The notes under the pieces: generated by a model | Seen by the model: the letters and a program-made list of their open reading frames with translations, nothing else | Databases searched by the model: none | What the model was told of the DNA's origin: nothing | Part shown: positions 1-13,418 of the stretch, piece after piece | Numbering within the stretch: the stretch's first letter is position 1 | Layout of the letters: each line of letters begins with the position of its first letter | Origin: Vicugna vicugna | Lineage: Eukaryota | Assembly (NCBI GenBank): GCA_013265495.1 | Contig: MU058009.1 | Coordinates: 250,001 to 314,000 of the forward strand | Reading direction: 5' to 3' | Length of the DNA: 64,000 bases | Made by a program: the position numbers and the translations under genes

Positions 1-108
1 TGTAAACACAGGTTTTCGGTTCTCTTGGGCACATCCTTGGGGTGGAATCGCTGGGTCACATGGTAACTCAATGTTTAACTTTTTGCAGAACTGCCAAACT
101 GTTTCCTG
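1..108 (-). mobile_element. L1 (L1M-type) ORF2 3' region fragment, cut by window edge
   Basis: ggtggaatcgctgggtcacatggtaactcaatgtttaactttttgcagaactgccaaactgtttcc matches the typical antisense L1 motif. Confidence 0.85.
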
Positions 109-1334
109 GGAGCAGTTTTATTTTTATTTTATTTTTCAAATGAAAAGGAGAGACCCGTTTAGCAGTTCTCAATTTTTCATTTTTATTTATTTTTGATAAA
201 TTTTTTAGAAGTATATTAAAAAAATCCTAGAATCCCTTTCTAGATAAAGGTATATCCACGAATACACGTGATTCCAGGAGCTCAAGAGCCGCCAGAAACC
301 GGCTGTGGTCCCGGTGTTCCGTGGTTACAGGCTCACACGTGGCAGCGTTTTAAGGTGAGCTGATGTTCTCAGACACGTAACTCCATCTACATTTTTGGCT
401 TTTCCACATGGATACAGGAAACGGATAATTTGACTAATGAGTTCTGATCCATGTTCTGATTTCCATCTGGGATCTGAACATTCAGCAGTCAATCAGTTGC
501 CTTAATTTTTCCCACCCACTCTGTAATCATCTGATTGATGCGCAGTTATCCCCCCTCTGCTTTGACACACGCTTTCCCCTTCTCATGTTGGCAATCCAAT
601 GCTGGATAACCTTCGTTTTTTTCCCCATTTATTTTGTGTGTTGGCCAAACAGTTGGCTACTGTTTGATATAATTATTTTTGCAATCATCTTCTATTAGGT
701 GAAAGAATATTGCAGTAGGGAAAGAAGGAAAAAGAAAATAAATGCCTTCCTGACAAGTTCTAATGTTTTATGTTCACAAATAATCTCCCAATATCAGAGC
801 AATAATATTATTTTCTCAATGTGCATTTATTAAAATGTAAAGTAGCTCCATCACACTGGGAGCTAAAACCCTTGCATTACCCTGACCAGAAAATGTCACG
901 TATTTATTTCAGATTACATTTCTGGAATCTTAATACAGCCCCCTACCCCCAACCCTCCCCACTATATAGCCTTTATTTAGCAGAGGAGTTAACCCAAAGG
1001 GCTGGTTTCTAAAGAGACATTGCTGAATGCTCAGGACCTTAATTTGGTTTTAAGAATTGCTTTTGGCTTTTGATTTACGATGAGGTTCTTTCCTGTGTAA
1101 TTCTTTTGGCTGAAAACTGAATAGAGCTCTCCCTTTGTGGCTGACACTTTGACACTGCATTTTAAGACAGGAGTACAGAGGCGAGGGAGCAGCGAAGACT
1201 TAGAAAAGAGAAGCGGGATCAGCATGGGGGGTCTTAGAGGCTGGAAGAGTGAGACCCACTGTTTCTCACAGCATCTCATGGCGCAAGCGCACACCTTGGG
1301 TTCTAGTCTGAGGTCAGGATGTTAACCTCCAGGT

Positions 1335-1700
1335 AGCCTAGTGGAAAAGATGCTAGGACTGTGAGGCAGGACTTCCAGTCTGCTTTCTCCTCTAGCTAGC
1401 TTTGGGACCTTGGACAGGTCACTCCTACTCTTCGGGCAGTTTTCTCAAGTGCCAAAGGAAACGGTGAACTGGACAGGTGGGGTTTAATCCTGGCTGTCTA
1501 TTAGAATGCCCTGGGGGGCTTTGGAAACGATTTTGATGCCCAGAGCTTTAGATCAATTAAATCAGAATTTCTTGTGGGTGGGTGAATGGGGCTGGACATT
1601 GGTGTCTTCATTAAACACTCCCTGGGAGATTCTGCCACAAAGCCAGGCTGAGAAGCCCTGGTCCAGACGATTCCAAGAGTTCCTTTGGATTTCTGGTGGC
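1335..1700 (+). mobile_element. MIR3/MIR-like SINE interrupted by a MER5 element
   Basis: gcctagtggaaaaga...gaccttggacaggtcact...cagttttctcaag head/core; tail-like gtccagacgattccaagagttcctt resumes at 1661. Confidence 0.6.
1474..1660. mobile_element. MER5A/MER5B-type hAT-Charlie MITE
   Basis: ttagaatgccctgggggg, caattaaatcagaattt, ctccctgggagattct and terminal gctgagaagccctg. Confidence 0.75.
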
Positions 1701-2349
1701 CCAATGCTATGAGCTGGGCAGTGGGGTCTCACCAGCCAAAGCTGGTGAAATGTGTTTGTAGACAACCAGGCCACAACCTGTCGGACGGTGCATCCGAGCT
1801 GGGGTCTGAGGTGTCTCAGCTGGGGAGCCCTGGGCAGGGGTCCCAAAAAGAACCGACTTTCTCTCAGTATCAGGCCTGGGCTGGGCGGGTAAACCTTCCC
1901 TTGTTTGTGGGCCCGTTGTGCGGAGAAGATGGATGAGCTGGGGCTGGTAAAATGCCTTTTGTTCCTTGGAGAAGGGCGTGTAGGCAGACAAGCCAGGCTT
2001 ATTACTTTTAGAGGGGAGCTGGGACTGCTTACCCTAGAAAAGAGGGGGCCTAAGGGGACATGATTTGTGGTCTTCAAGAGGCGAACAGGCTGCCATGTGG
2101 AAGAGGGATCACGGTGATTTTAGATGCTCCAGGGGGCTGAACCTGGGCCAGCGAGGAGAGAGCCAGGGAAAGTGGACTTTGCTGCACTGTAAGGAGGAAC
2201 TGCTATAATACAGAGCTGGGCTCCCTCCCTCCTGCTTTCACTACCATCTCCTCTGCCTTGAGACCACATCTTTCTCACCTCTGCCTTCCTCGTTCCTCAT
2301 CCAGCTCCTGACACGATCTTCACTGGATGTTTACTACCATCTCTACGAT

Positions 2350-2580
2350 GGTTAATGACTGTCATGAATGCCCACCATGCAGAGCAATTTTCTTGCTTAT
2401 TGCCTTTAACTCTTCCAGCGCTCCGAGAGGTAGGTCTGTTTATTACCCCATTCTACAGGTAAGGAAACCAGAGCCTAAGGCAGTTAAGTAGTATGCAAAG
2501 CCACAGCCAGCGTGTAGCGGAGATGGGCTGTGACCTCAAGCCCGTCTGACTCAAAACCTGTGCTCCTAACTGTTGTGTAG
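2350..2580 (-). mobile_element. MIR SINE
   Basis: ttattaccccattctacaggtaaggaaaccagag...gtctgactcaaaacctgtgctcctaac. Confidence 0.85.
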
Positions 2581-5461
2581 CCCTTCCTGCCAGCACCCTG
2601 GGTGGGTTGTTTTGTGGGGTGGGGGTCCCCAGTCCTGGAGGTATTCAGGTTGAAGATATACAACTATTTGGGTGAACTGGTTATGCCACAGCGGTGAGTC
2701 CTGATTGAGTTAGGATGGTCCCAGATGATAATGGAGCCAGAGGCTGGCAGTGCTTTAAAGTCCTAGGTCACCTGGTTACTGCTCCCATCAGCCTCTTATC
2801 CCAGCTCCATGCGCAAGCAAGGCGTTGGTCTGGCCCAGGGAGAGCCCCACTACCTCTGCTGCGCAGGCTCCAGGACGGAATGCTCTCTTGGCAGCTGTGG
2901 TCACCCCCAGGTAATGAGTATCCGGCCTCCTCTGCCACCCGCCTGCAATTCTCATTAAGGCCCACGGTCACGTGTCTGGGGAGCAGACTCCTTTGGATGC
3001 CCCAGGCGACAGGAGAGAATGGAGAGAGGAGCCCTGGGCGTTGGGGTGGAGATGCATGACTGCTTCGGCCGTGAAATGTTGTATTCATTTCTCCGTCCAT
3101 TTCACAAAGACACAGTGATTGCATTACTGGGTGGCTCTGGGTACAAGGCAGAGGGGCAGAAGCAGATGATGAAGGAGGGAGTGCTCCCAGGAAGTTTTTC
3201 ATCAAAGTGATGGCGTAGCCAAAGGCACAGGAAAAATATTCCTGAGATGACACTGCCAATTAGTGGATGGCTGCAAGGAGAACTGAGAAATGGAGGCTTG
3301 GGGGAACAGATGGGAGAGGGGCTGGCACAGGGCCAGGAGAGGCAGGAGAAGGCAAGACGGGAGGAGAAGTCGGTGGGATGGGTGAGTCCTTCAGCACACG
3401 GTGCACTTGTGTGCTGTGCGTACATTCCTGGGAAGAGAGTCCATAGCTTTCATTCAGGTCTCAAATTTTCATCGCCCTCAAACGTAGAGAACCGTTGCCC
3501 TAGGAAGTTAAATCAAGGGGTTTTTACACTAAGGAGAAGCTGCAATTAGTCCCTTCTTTGGTCCCACATTCATTCTCTTCCCTCCTGCGTCAAATGCCTT
3601 TACAGGTCCCTTGATCTCTTCTTCCTGCCTCACAACCCACTTTAAATTCCGTTTTGAGCTAATTAGAAATCATCCAAACCCAGAGAAGACAACCTCTGCT
3701 TTTTTCTTAGAGAAAAGCCTAGTGTGTCCAACGAATGGGGATGAGAACATAGAGATGTGGGAATGGGGCCAAGGTTTTTTTTTCTTTTCTTTTCTTTTCT
3801 TTTCTAGACTCATAGATCTTTGGAACTGACCTGGGTGCCTGACTTGCAGATTTCTTAAGAGCAGAGCACAGAGTCTGGCAAAGGGCTCGAATGAAAGCTA
3901 ATGCAAAGGGCAAAGTCATCTTAAAAGAATTATTATTCATTTCCCATTGCAGTTAATTTTGGCACCTTCAACAGGGTTTAAATTCTAGTACCACATCATA
4001 TCAAAGGGAAAAAAGTATTTGATGTACATGTTAATTACTGCTAAGATGTAGCTACTTAAATCAAGAGTTTAATCTTCATTTGACTATTCAGAACAGCTCT
4101 GAGCGGGGGATGGGGAGAGCCTCCTCTGATTCGGGTTATTTAAATAGGGGCTGAGAACTCCAAGTAAAACGGCCTTCTGTTTTCTGAACCAACCTTTGGA
4201 ATTACTTCCCAGCGAAATGAAAAATAGGAAAATCAAGTTCCTCTAAGAATTCCCAAGCCTATCTCTTCTATGGGGCAGGAGAACAGAGTGGATAATAGAA
4301 TTCCATGTGCTCAAAGACTTGAGGGTCTGCAGAGCGTTAGCCTACTGGTAAGTGAAATCTTAAAAGCACGTGAGAGGCTTAAAATCTAGGTCTGTGAAGA
4401 AAATAATATACTATTATTTAAAAGCATAAATTGCCAGAATGATAGCACTCCTGGATACACTCTTTATAAGAACTATCTTGGATGAATCCCTAATGTGCAT
4501 TTTATACCATGAAACTATAAAATCCGTAGAAATAACAACTTATTTACCATGTGATTAATTCACGGCCATTTATTGTAGTTTTACTAGAACATTGTTTTCT
4601 TGCATTCCCAAGGCTTTATCGCCTCAGATGTAACGCTCTGCTCCTAATAACCCCTATTGATTTTACGCTAGTACCTTATATTTTTAGATTTGTTTTACTG
4701 TCTTGCACTAAATTCTAACCTTACTGTGCTATATAAAATGAGATACATCATCATATTTCTCAAACCTTATGAAGACAATTATCTTGTCCAAAATGGATGG
4801 AAAATGCTCATTTCTGGCTGCTGATGGAGTTGGGGACCTGGGCTTGTGGTCCCTGAGAATGCCAGTTGTGTCATTTCTGGAGTGGACAGCTCTGGCGTAC
4901 TGTCCCAGTGCTGGCCAGGAGCTGGTGGGTGTTAGAAGCAGGGCCACAGCACAGATCAGAGGAGCTACCTGGGATGGCGTCTGTGTCGCTATTCCCCTGT
5001 AGGTGCTAGTCTTTCTTGGAACTTGTGGCTCATACAGCAATTGTTCACGTGCTAAACCTGCCAGCGGAGAACTCTGTGTTCTTATAGAAAAAGTTAACAC
5101 ACCTTTGGGTGCTGTTTTAATTACTCTTCTTAGAGGCACCTTTTAAATGTTGTTAAAAATGGTGACATTTTTAATCTCATGCTGAACCTTGAGTTTCCAT
5201 TCTCTGGACGAAGGTCTTGGTGAAGGTGGAAGGGGAGGCACAGGCTCTGGCTTTTGAGTGATGATGTTCGTGGTCCCTCTGGAGAAAGGGCCGCTACTGA
5301 TAACCCCTCGCAGGACAGCAATCAGTGGTCCCTGTGAGATCTCACACACTCTTATCAGGTCCCGATGCAATTAACTTGGCACCTTCACTACGCTCTAGGA
5401 GAGGCTAGATTCTTGATTTCCAGGAGCTCCAATTCTAAAAGGGGAATCTAATCACGGCCGC

Positions 5462-5700
5462 CACACTCTTTATAGAGTGCTAAGTACATGCCAGACACTG
5501 TTCCCAATGCTCTATCTATACTAATCCTTTCAATCCTTGCAACAGATCTCACAAGGCAGACACTACTTGGGCCCTGTTTTACAAGGAGGAAACTGAGGCA
5601 CTGAGAGATTAAGTATTTTGCACAAGGTCGCACCACTAGGGAGCAGTGGACACAGATTTCAAACCCAGGCAGTCTGACTCTTGGAGTCCAGGCTCTTAGA
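5462..5700 (-). mobile_element. MIR SINE, near full length
   Basis: ttttacaaggaggaaactgaggcactgagagattaag...ttcaaacccaggcagtctgactc. Confidence 0.9.
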
Positions 5701-7859
5701 TAAACAAATCTATGTCACATTTATAATTCATAAAGTCTTACCCACTAATTATCTCATTTGAGCTTCCCAACAACCTTTGATTCCATTTTAGAGATAGGAA
5801 AACGGACGTAGGTAGTCGTTGGCCTATGGTGACACAGCCAAAACCTGCTGGCAGGACAGCTTGCTGCCTCTCTTGAACACAGCATCATGGGTGGAAGATA
5901 TAATAACCTGTCACATGGAAGGGAAGCCAAGGTTTTCAGCACATGCACTGTCTGCCTCACCAGAAAACACCTCCCTCCCATGACACTGTGTGAGACAAGC
6001 CCCTGGGGGAGCAGTGTCCCAGCAGCAAATGGACTCAGCCTGGATTACGTGCAAATTAAAGAAGGGGGGGGGGGGGCTCTGTTCTCCTGCATTTCCACCC
6101 CCTCTGATGTGCTCTTCTCAGTTTGCTGCTAATTTACCATCATGTCAAGGACTTTGAAGGTCTTTGTGTTGGTATTTTGTGATGTCGACTGTTTGATGCG
6201 CTGATGAGATTTTTGCAGCCACAGAAATGATCAGAAAAGCATCTGTGTGAATCCTGCATGTGGAAGAAGGAGGGGAAAGCAGATAGGAGTGGGCAGGAAG
6301 GTGGAAGGGGCAAGAGCTGACAGGCCTGCAGGGGAAGAGGGGGCGCCTGTCGTCAGGGCTAGGCTGCATGCGGGGCATCCCTATGGCTGCCTTAAACAAG
6401 AGGAAAGAGCAGCCAAGGGAGGCCAGGACAAAGGCACTGACTGGACACCAGGCGAGCAGACAAAGACATACGGGGAAATTCTATGTCCTCAAGAAAAGGA
6501 ACCAACCAACCAGAAAAGTTCTTTTCTGTGAATTGGGGCCTGTGTTGAACCCAGCAATCAAAGTTGTGCCCCCTTCCCCCCAGTTCGGGAGGGGCTGGCA
6601 GGTAGATATTGTAGCCCATTGAGAGAATAATACTGAACGGTTGTCTGAATTCAATAAGTAATGCTTGAACTGATCAGAACTGAAGAGCCAGAAGCTGAGA
6701 TGAGGAGGGCAGAAGAGCTAGTCTTTTCTGCACCTGCCATGACTGCTTTATCACCTTGGCCTGGGAAGGACCATCCTCACTGGTGACGGATGTTGATTTA
6801 GTGCTTCGAGATCCCTGGAGGACAGGTCAGGCTACTGACAAGGAAGATGGCACTGTGGGTCAAATCAATAAGAATGATGGACAAGGACCCCTAGGGGAAA
6901 GCTGGAATGAAAGATGGGGGAATCAGAGGATGGGGGTACGTCTGTGCAGCTGGGATCATCTGTTATTCTCCCTAAAGAGATGATTCTTTTCTTTTCTTCT
7001 GATTTCCACTAGTTGAAAACCAACCCCCCTGGTCTTATACCACAAAGCACGACTCACTTACACCAGACACACAAGGAAAGCACCATCCGGTGCTTAAAAA
7101 GCAATTATAATTGGCAAGACTGAGAATCTGTGGTTCATTTTCAGCAGGTAAACAAATGCATATTTATGCAGATGGAAAAACTCAGGTCTCCCCTTCCTAG
7201 CCTGGGGGCCAGCTGGGAGCACTCTCCCTTGCTCTTCACCTGACAGGTTATACTCCGCAGAGGCCGGCTGAGCATGTCATGTAATTCAGCATTAAGCACC
7301 CTATTGATTCACTGAAGTGCTGCCATGGATGTTAATGGAGACAAATATTGTGGCTGTGATTTTTCAAAGGGCTGAGTAACTCCCACACATCAATAACACC
7401 TGTCATGATGTGATGCAGGGCAACCTCAAGATGCCTGACTTGCGGCCAACCTTGAGGGCGGGGCTGCCGGAAGGGGCCCTTGGATACTGACTCAGGGCTT
7501 GGGGAGGCGGCCTGAAAAATTTCAACACCTCCCAAGGTAAGGATGGTGGGGACTGGGGTGGGGCCAGGTGGTGGAGGCGACTGTTGACAGCTTTCCTAGT
7601 GACTCATCGCAAAGGTCACTGAGTATTGGATTATCCTAAACTCTTACCTTGCTTGCCAGGCCCTGGGAAGTCAGACTGCACCCTGTTGCAGAGAATAGTG
7701 TGAGTTCTCCCATCCTCTTTGACCAGAAACATTGCATGTCCCTATAATACTGAAGCCGAACGCCTCTAGTCCTGCAGTAGTAGGCCCTGAGTACAACCTC
7801 CTACCCTGTGCCCTGGGATCTGAGCATGGGACTGCTTTAGTGTGTGCTCCCAGTGGCTG

Positions 7860-7945
7860 CTTTCAGAGAGGTTAAGCTTCTTGCTCAAGGTCACACAGCG
7901 AGGTAGTCATGGCTGGGCTAGAATCCAGGTCTCAGACTTTCTTAC
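7860..7945 (-). mobile_element. MIR fragment
   Basis: cagagaggttaagcttcttgctcaaggtcacacagc...gaatccaggtctcagact. Confidence 0.8.
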
Positions 7946-8119
7946 CCAGGTCAATGCCCAGTCACTGTGAGGTAGGATCTCTGGAAACCATTCGACTTTA
8001 TGCCCTGAACCAAGTTATATTTCCTTCCAAAAAGGCTCTGTACAAACCTCAGGGTTAGTAACTGTAAGAAGCTGCTCGTACACAGATCCCATATCAGTCC
8101 GGTTCTGCTGCCCTGTCTG

Positions 8120-8700
8120 CCCTGCATTCCAATCCAGTCTCCAGACTGCTACTCACGTATCTTGCTACAAGACAAATTGAATCTTGTCACTTCCTGGCAT
8201 AAAGGCCTCCATCAGCCCGTCTCCGCTGACAGGATAAACTCCTTGGCTTGATCCTTGTCATCTCACCCCAAGTCTTCAGTTTGATGTCCCGCCCCTCCTG
8301 TTCCAGCCACTCTGGTCATTGCTGCCCCTTCTGTGCCCTCTTATCCACTGTGATATTTCCTGCATGAAATTCCCTGTGTCTTCACCATCTCCTCCCGTGT
8401 GCTGCCTGGGAAACTCCTGCCCATCCTTAAAAAGAGCCAGCTCTTCTCTCCCGCCCTGAGAACCTTACCTGCCCCTGCACAGAATTAGGAGCCCTTCCCC
8501 CTCTGAGACCCCCCAGGACACCACTCAGCCTTTATTTTATCTCTGTTATAACAGCCTTCCTGTTGCAGTGTGATTGGTTTTCTTGTCTACACCCACTGCG
8601 ATTTGAGTTTCCGTGGTGAGGGGCTGAGCCTTTTTCATGTCCACAGCCCACTTCTGGGCACACAGGAGGTATTCTCTGCGTGCTCACCCAATGAATGGCG
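8120..8700 (+). mobile_element. L2 3' region fossil
   Basis: pyrimidine-rich L2-like text (aatcttgtcacttcctg, caggataaactcc) ending ggcacacaggaggtattc...aatgaatgg. Confidence 0.65.
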
Positions 8701-9356
8701 GGGTTGTGTTCCGGAAGAGAAAGCTGTGAGGTGGGAGCCGTCGGTCAGGTTTCGAGCACAAACGTTGGCCCCGCAGACACACGTTTCTACAGTCCTGGGT
8801 CCAGGATGGACTGTCATGGGATTGAGATCGAGAGGCAGAAAGGCAGTGCCTCAACTCGTTAGCATGTTGGGGCTCTTGGGGGTGGATGTGTGCCCTTTAA
8901 CTGCCAGATTCTTTGACAACAACAGCCCCGGGCATATGTACAACCACAGACCTCTAGGGGAGTAGGGGCAGACCTTCTACTGGGGGAAACAGCACATAGT
9001 ACTTCGATGTACAGCAGACAGAGGAGCAGGGTTGATGTTCAAATGTTCAGTAACTGGCACTGCCTGTGCATTGACCAATCAGGACGGACACCGGCCACAG
9101 GGCCAAAGCGGGGCCCACTGCGCCAAGCATTAACCCTTCAGGTGCTGGCCAGTTGGAGGTATCACGGAGGAGGGTCTGGGCAGAGGAGAGGCACATTCGG
9201 TGAGGGGGCTTGGACCAGCGGCTCCTTATCTGTCGGTATGAAAATATTTCAGTACTTTAACAACTGGCCCTAGTACTGTTGTACTGGTGCATTCCAGCCT
9301 GTCGATAAGTCTCATAAAAGAACAACCAAAATTTTGAACCCACCTTTGAAGAAAGA

Positions 9357-9390
9357 TGTGTGTGTGTGTATATGTGTGTGTGTGCGTGTG
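9357..9390. repeat. imperfect (TG)n microsatellite
   Basis: seen directly. Confidence 0.9.
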
Positions 9391-12300
9391 AAAGAAAGAG
9401 GCAAAGCTTTTAGAAGAAGCAGCATTTGAGCTGGACCTCTCTTTCAGTTGTGTTTCCATATAAGGAGAAGGAGGTGGGGATCAGGGGATTTCAGGCCCGG
9501 GGAAGTGAACAAGTTCACAGATGTGTGAATGGGCCTATTTGGGAAAGGTGATTGATTGCGTGATGCTGGGAATCACTGGGGGCACAGGAAAGAGAGGAAG
9601 GATTGAAGCCAGACTGTGAAGGGCCTTGAAAGCCCCAGGGAAGCACTATTATCTTGCCTGCGTTCCCACAGGCAGCCCTCTAGCCAAACTGTATTGCTGG
9701 GGCAGGCTTCCGGGTGGCCCTGTCAGGGACAACCAATGGTGCCATCTCCACCAGGTGTGGGGCTGTCACTTGGTGAAGGGGACAAGCTTCACTTCAATTA
9801 GGAATGTCATGGCAGCCTCTTTGGCTCCATGGTGACTGACGCTGTCCGTCCAGCTGCCATGAGGCTGCTGTGTCCTACCACAGTACATCATCTCCTAATT
9901 AACACGTCTTGTCAGGTCCAGCGGTTGGCTTCGGTAAACATGCTCCTAGCAGCTGTCACTGGGACCCCGCATGGGGCCTGCTGCCTCATTAGCTCGAGAG
10001 AAGGGAGATGGCATTGGTGGCTGGGCAGAGGGGGAGGGATGTACTTTGTGGGGGGTGTTGGCAGGATTGGAGAGATGTCAGATGCTCAGAGAGACCTCGC
10101 GGGGACCAGCGGAGATCCCCTCTCCTGGCATAGTGACAGGATAGGGTGGGGGGCAGTGTGTCAGGAATCAGGAGGCTTGGATCCTCGTGCTGTCTCTCTC
10201 AACACCAAGCAAGGCGAGGTGTGCCCCTTCCCCAAATTTATGGTTCTAATTTGGGGACATCGGGGAGCATTCTTTGCTCAGGCCAGGTTAGTCCTTAGTG
10301 TTTCATTGGACACACCTCACCTGTCTTTCCAGGGCTTCCTGCCTGCATCCTCTGATCACTCTTTTTTTTTTTTTCCCTCTGATCACTCATTTTATCAAGC
10401 CCTTGCTCTCCTTCCTCTGACTGTGGGAGCTTCGCCCAGGGCACACTTCTAAACTCTGCCCTGAGAACACACAGTAGGCAGCTGATAAATGCCCTCTGAG
10501 CACGAGAAGCAGTACATCTCATTCTCACAGCCTTCACAACAGTGGTGGGAGATCTCAAAATTTCTTCCAACAACTTGTTCTATTGTCAGCCTTTCCACAG
10601 ACCTCCTTCTGAGGGCTAACCTGCATCTCCTCTGGGGCCCCTTTGTCTCTCCAGACCAGAAAATAGAAACTTGATCGCCATCCTCTCCGCCATCCTCTCC
10701 CACCCTCCGCTGGGAGGGAGAAACGGAGCACCCCCACCTTCCCCTGGGCTTCAGATTCCCCGTCGAACCTGCAACCTGGAGCCCAGTCCCCCTCCTCATT
10801 GCCTACTCAGAGCTCCCTGCTCCCATACAGGGTCTTTTCCGGGTAAAATCTGAGCAACTGAGGGTGTTGTGAAAGTGTCTAATTGTAGCAGGGAGGCAAA
10901 TTTTACTAACCCAGCAGAGGCATCAAACCCATGCAATTTGAGAATCTCTGATAATGAGCACTTAAAGGGCACATCCTAGTGAAGAGGGCCAGGAATGGCT
11001 GGCCATGGAGGGCAGGCTGCAGATTCTAATGACAGCGCCTCTGCTGTTTTAGTTTCCCCCTCTCTCTCCGCCCCTCCTCCATACCCGCACCCCCACCCCC
11101 CGCCCAGGACGCATCCTCCTTACTTCTAGACCAAGCCTGTGCAAAAGTCATGTTTCCTTCAGTTAAGTCGCTCTCTGGGGGATGTAGAGCTCTTCTTTAG
11201 TGTGGGCCTACTGTGTGCACTTGGCTTGCAGAGGATGTGCACACGTGGCTGGAGGCACACCAGGACGATGCTCCCAGGAGCCAGGCAGATGTCCGTACCC
11301 CAGGAAGCGCAGCGGGGATCCAAGTGGGCTCATGCATGAGTGGCAGCTGCCAGCCTTCTGAGCTTCCTGGGGTGAAGCTCCGGGGTGAGGGCTGGGGGAC
11401 CAGCTGAGGGACCTCTGGGCCATCAGGGGTGTTTCCTGGGCCTCTCGTCATACTTTCCTTTCCAAGTGGCCACGTGGACGGAGGAGCAAAGGCAGCTGTG
11501 AGAAAGGGCTTTGTGCTGCTTTCTGTGGGGCTGGAGTGACTGTTGAGCTGGAAAGTAATTGTTTGCTTCTCCAGACCCACCCCCACCTGGCTCCAAGCCC
11601 TGGGAGTCTGACCCCAACTCTTCCTCTATGAGATCATCTGTCTCTCGGCTGGAGTTTGCAGCTCCTTGTTAAGGCGGGTACTGTATGAGATGCTCTCTTT
11701 TCTGGTTCTCCTTCCTACCCCATCTAACAACACCCTCTCCTCGCCCCTGGTTCTCACCACTCCCTCTCCTCGCTCCTATAGGCAGGGCTGGTAAGGACTG
11801 CCTCTGTTTCTATCCCCAGGCTGTTGTTCCTGGTGTGACTCCCTGAACACAGCCTTGCAAACAGTCTCTTTATTAAACTCCCTCCAGATTACACAGTTCA
11901 ATTGTGTCATCTTTTTCTGCCAGGATCCTGATAGAATCACCTGCTCTCTTTCAGACCAAGCCTTCTCACCAGACATAGTCAGAAGGATCCTGTTGGTGTC
12001 AGATGACTCCTGGGATGCCAGCTTTGATGAGGAGCAGAATGCAGAGCTTTGCAGGTGACAAAGGTCCCCATTTCCAGATAGACACATTGGGTTTGGAAAA
12101 GTGCTAGTGGGGAAAAGTACCTAATATAGGTGAACTTTTAGAAGTATGCCCTGGTCCCAGCCAAGGAGCTCTTCTTTGACTCCTAATTGGCCCTTTGGCC
12201 CAATGGTTTGAATTGGTGTTCTCTATCCTGCAGGCCTGGGACTCCAATTAGCACTACCACACACAGAGGCCCCACAATGTGAGCCTGCCCTTGACCTGAT

Positions 12301-12589
12301 GCTGTGACCACCTGCAATGCAGGTCTGACCATCCCCCAACATACCTCATGTTCCACTCCACTCCACCCAAGTGGTGCCCCCGACTGACTGGGAGGGAGAC
12401 ACTTTCTCCATGACGTGTCCTGCCTGAAATATCCATTTCCACCCCTGCCTGGTGTTCCCCACACCAAAACATGGAACAGATTTTTCTTCTCATGTAGATG
12501 AAACGGACCTTTCTGCTTGTACATGACACAGCAGCCACTTCATTTTCACTCTTCGTTTAGCTATCTGAGCATCCAGCCAATACTCAGTT

Positions 12590-12800
12590 GTCTGTTCATT
12601 CATTCATTCATTCTTCTGCTCTTTACTGAGCATCCTCACATGTCTCTATCAGCTACGTTCTATTATTATTGCCAGTTTAGACAGGAGGAAACTGAGTCAA
12701 AGAGTGACTCAGTAGCTTGCTGAGGGCCACATGGCTAGTAAGTGTTGGAACTGGGTTTGAAGTGGGTAGTATGACATAAGAACTTGAACCCTCAAGCCCC
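12590..12800 (-). mobile_element. L2 tail (TTCA repeats) followed by MIR fragment
   Basis: ttcattcattcattcattc...tttactgagcatc; then gacaggaggaaactgagtc...ctagtaagtgttggaactgggtttgaa. Confidence 0.75.
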
Positions 12801-13080
12801 AGAACAATGTCTTCTATTCACAGACAGTTAGAAATTGTTCATGTGAAGAAGTAGAAGGTCCCAAGGAAACCCCACCTCTCCTTCCCCAAGTCACACTTCT
12901 GTGGGCTCTGCTCAGAGCAGGTATGGCTGTGTGTGCAAAAGGGGAGGAGAGACATGAGGAAAGAAAACCCAGCGGGAGATTGGGGGCGGGTGCAGGCAGA
13001 GCCAATTCACCCTGAGATGATTTGCATCAGCAGCAGAAGGGAGAACATGGCACGCTGTCACAGCCTCTTCCTGTATTGAC

Positions 13081-13300
13081 ATAATAACAATCCCTTACTT
13101 TTGTGTAGCACTTTGTAGTTTTCAAAGCACTTTCAAATCCATTAGCTCATTTTCTCCCCAGAATAATCTTGTGAAGAGGCAGGAATTGTTATCCTTATTT
13201 TGCAGAGGAACAGGCTCAGTGAGGTTATGTAACTTGTCCTAAGCCGGGGACCCTAGATGAAAACATGGGTCCCTGACCCCTGGTCTTATGGTCTGTGCAG
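13081..13300 (-). mobile_element. MIR (MIRb/c-like) SINE
   Basis: tagcactttgtagttttcaaagcactttca...atccttattttgcagagg...gctcagtgaggttatgtaacttgtcc. Confidence 0.85.
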
Positions 13301-13418
13301 GATGCTTCTCTTCCTTTTTCATCACTTTCTGATTTGGAGCCATTTAGGGAAAGTCTGTCTCCCCAGACTCCGAGAAACCCCTCACTCTTGGGTTCCAGGC
13401 CACCTAGACTCTATAAAG

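Noticed and set aside
9838..9858. Second RE1 on the minus strand (gacgctgtccgtccagctgcc)
   Set aside because: Only the GGACAGC half matches; the TCAGCACC half has several core mismatches.
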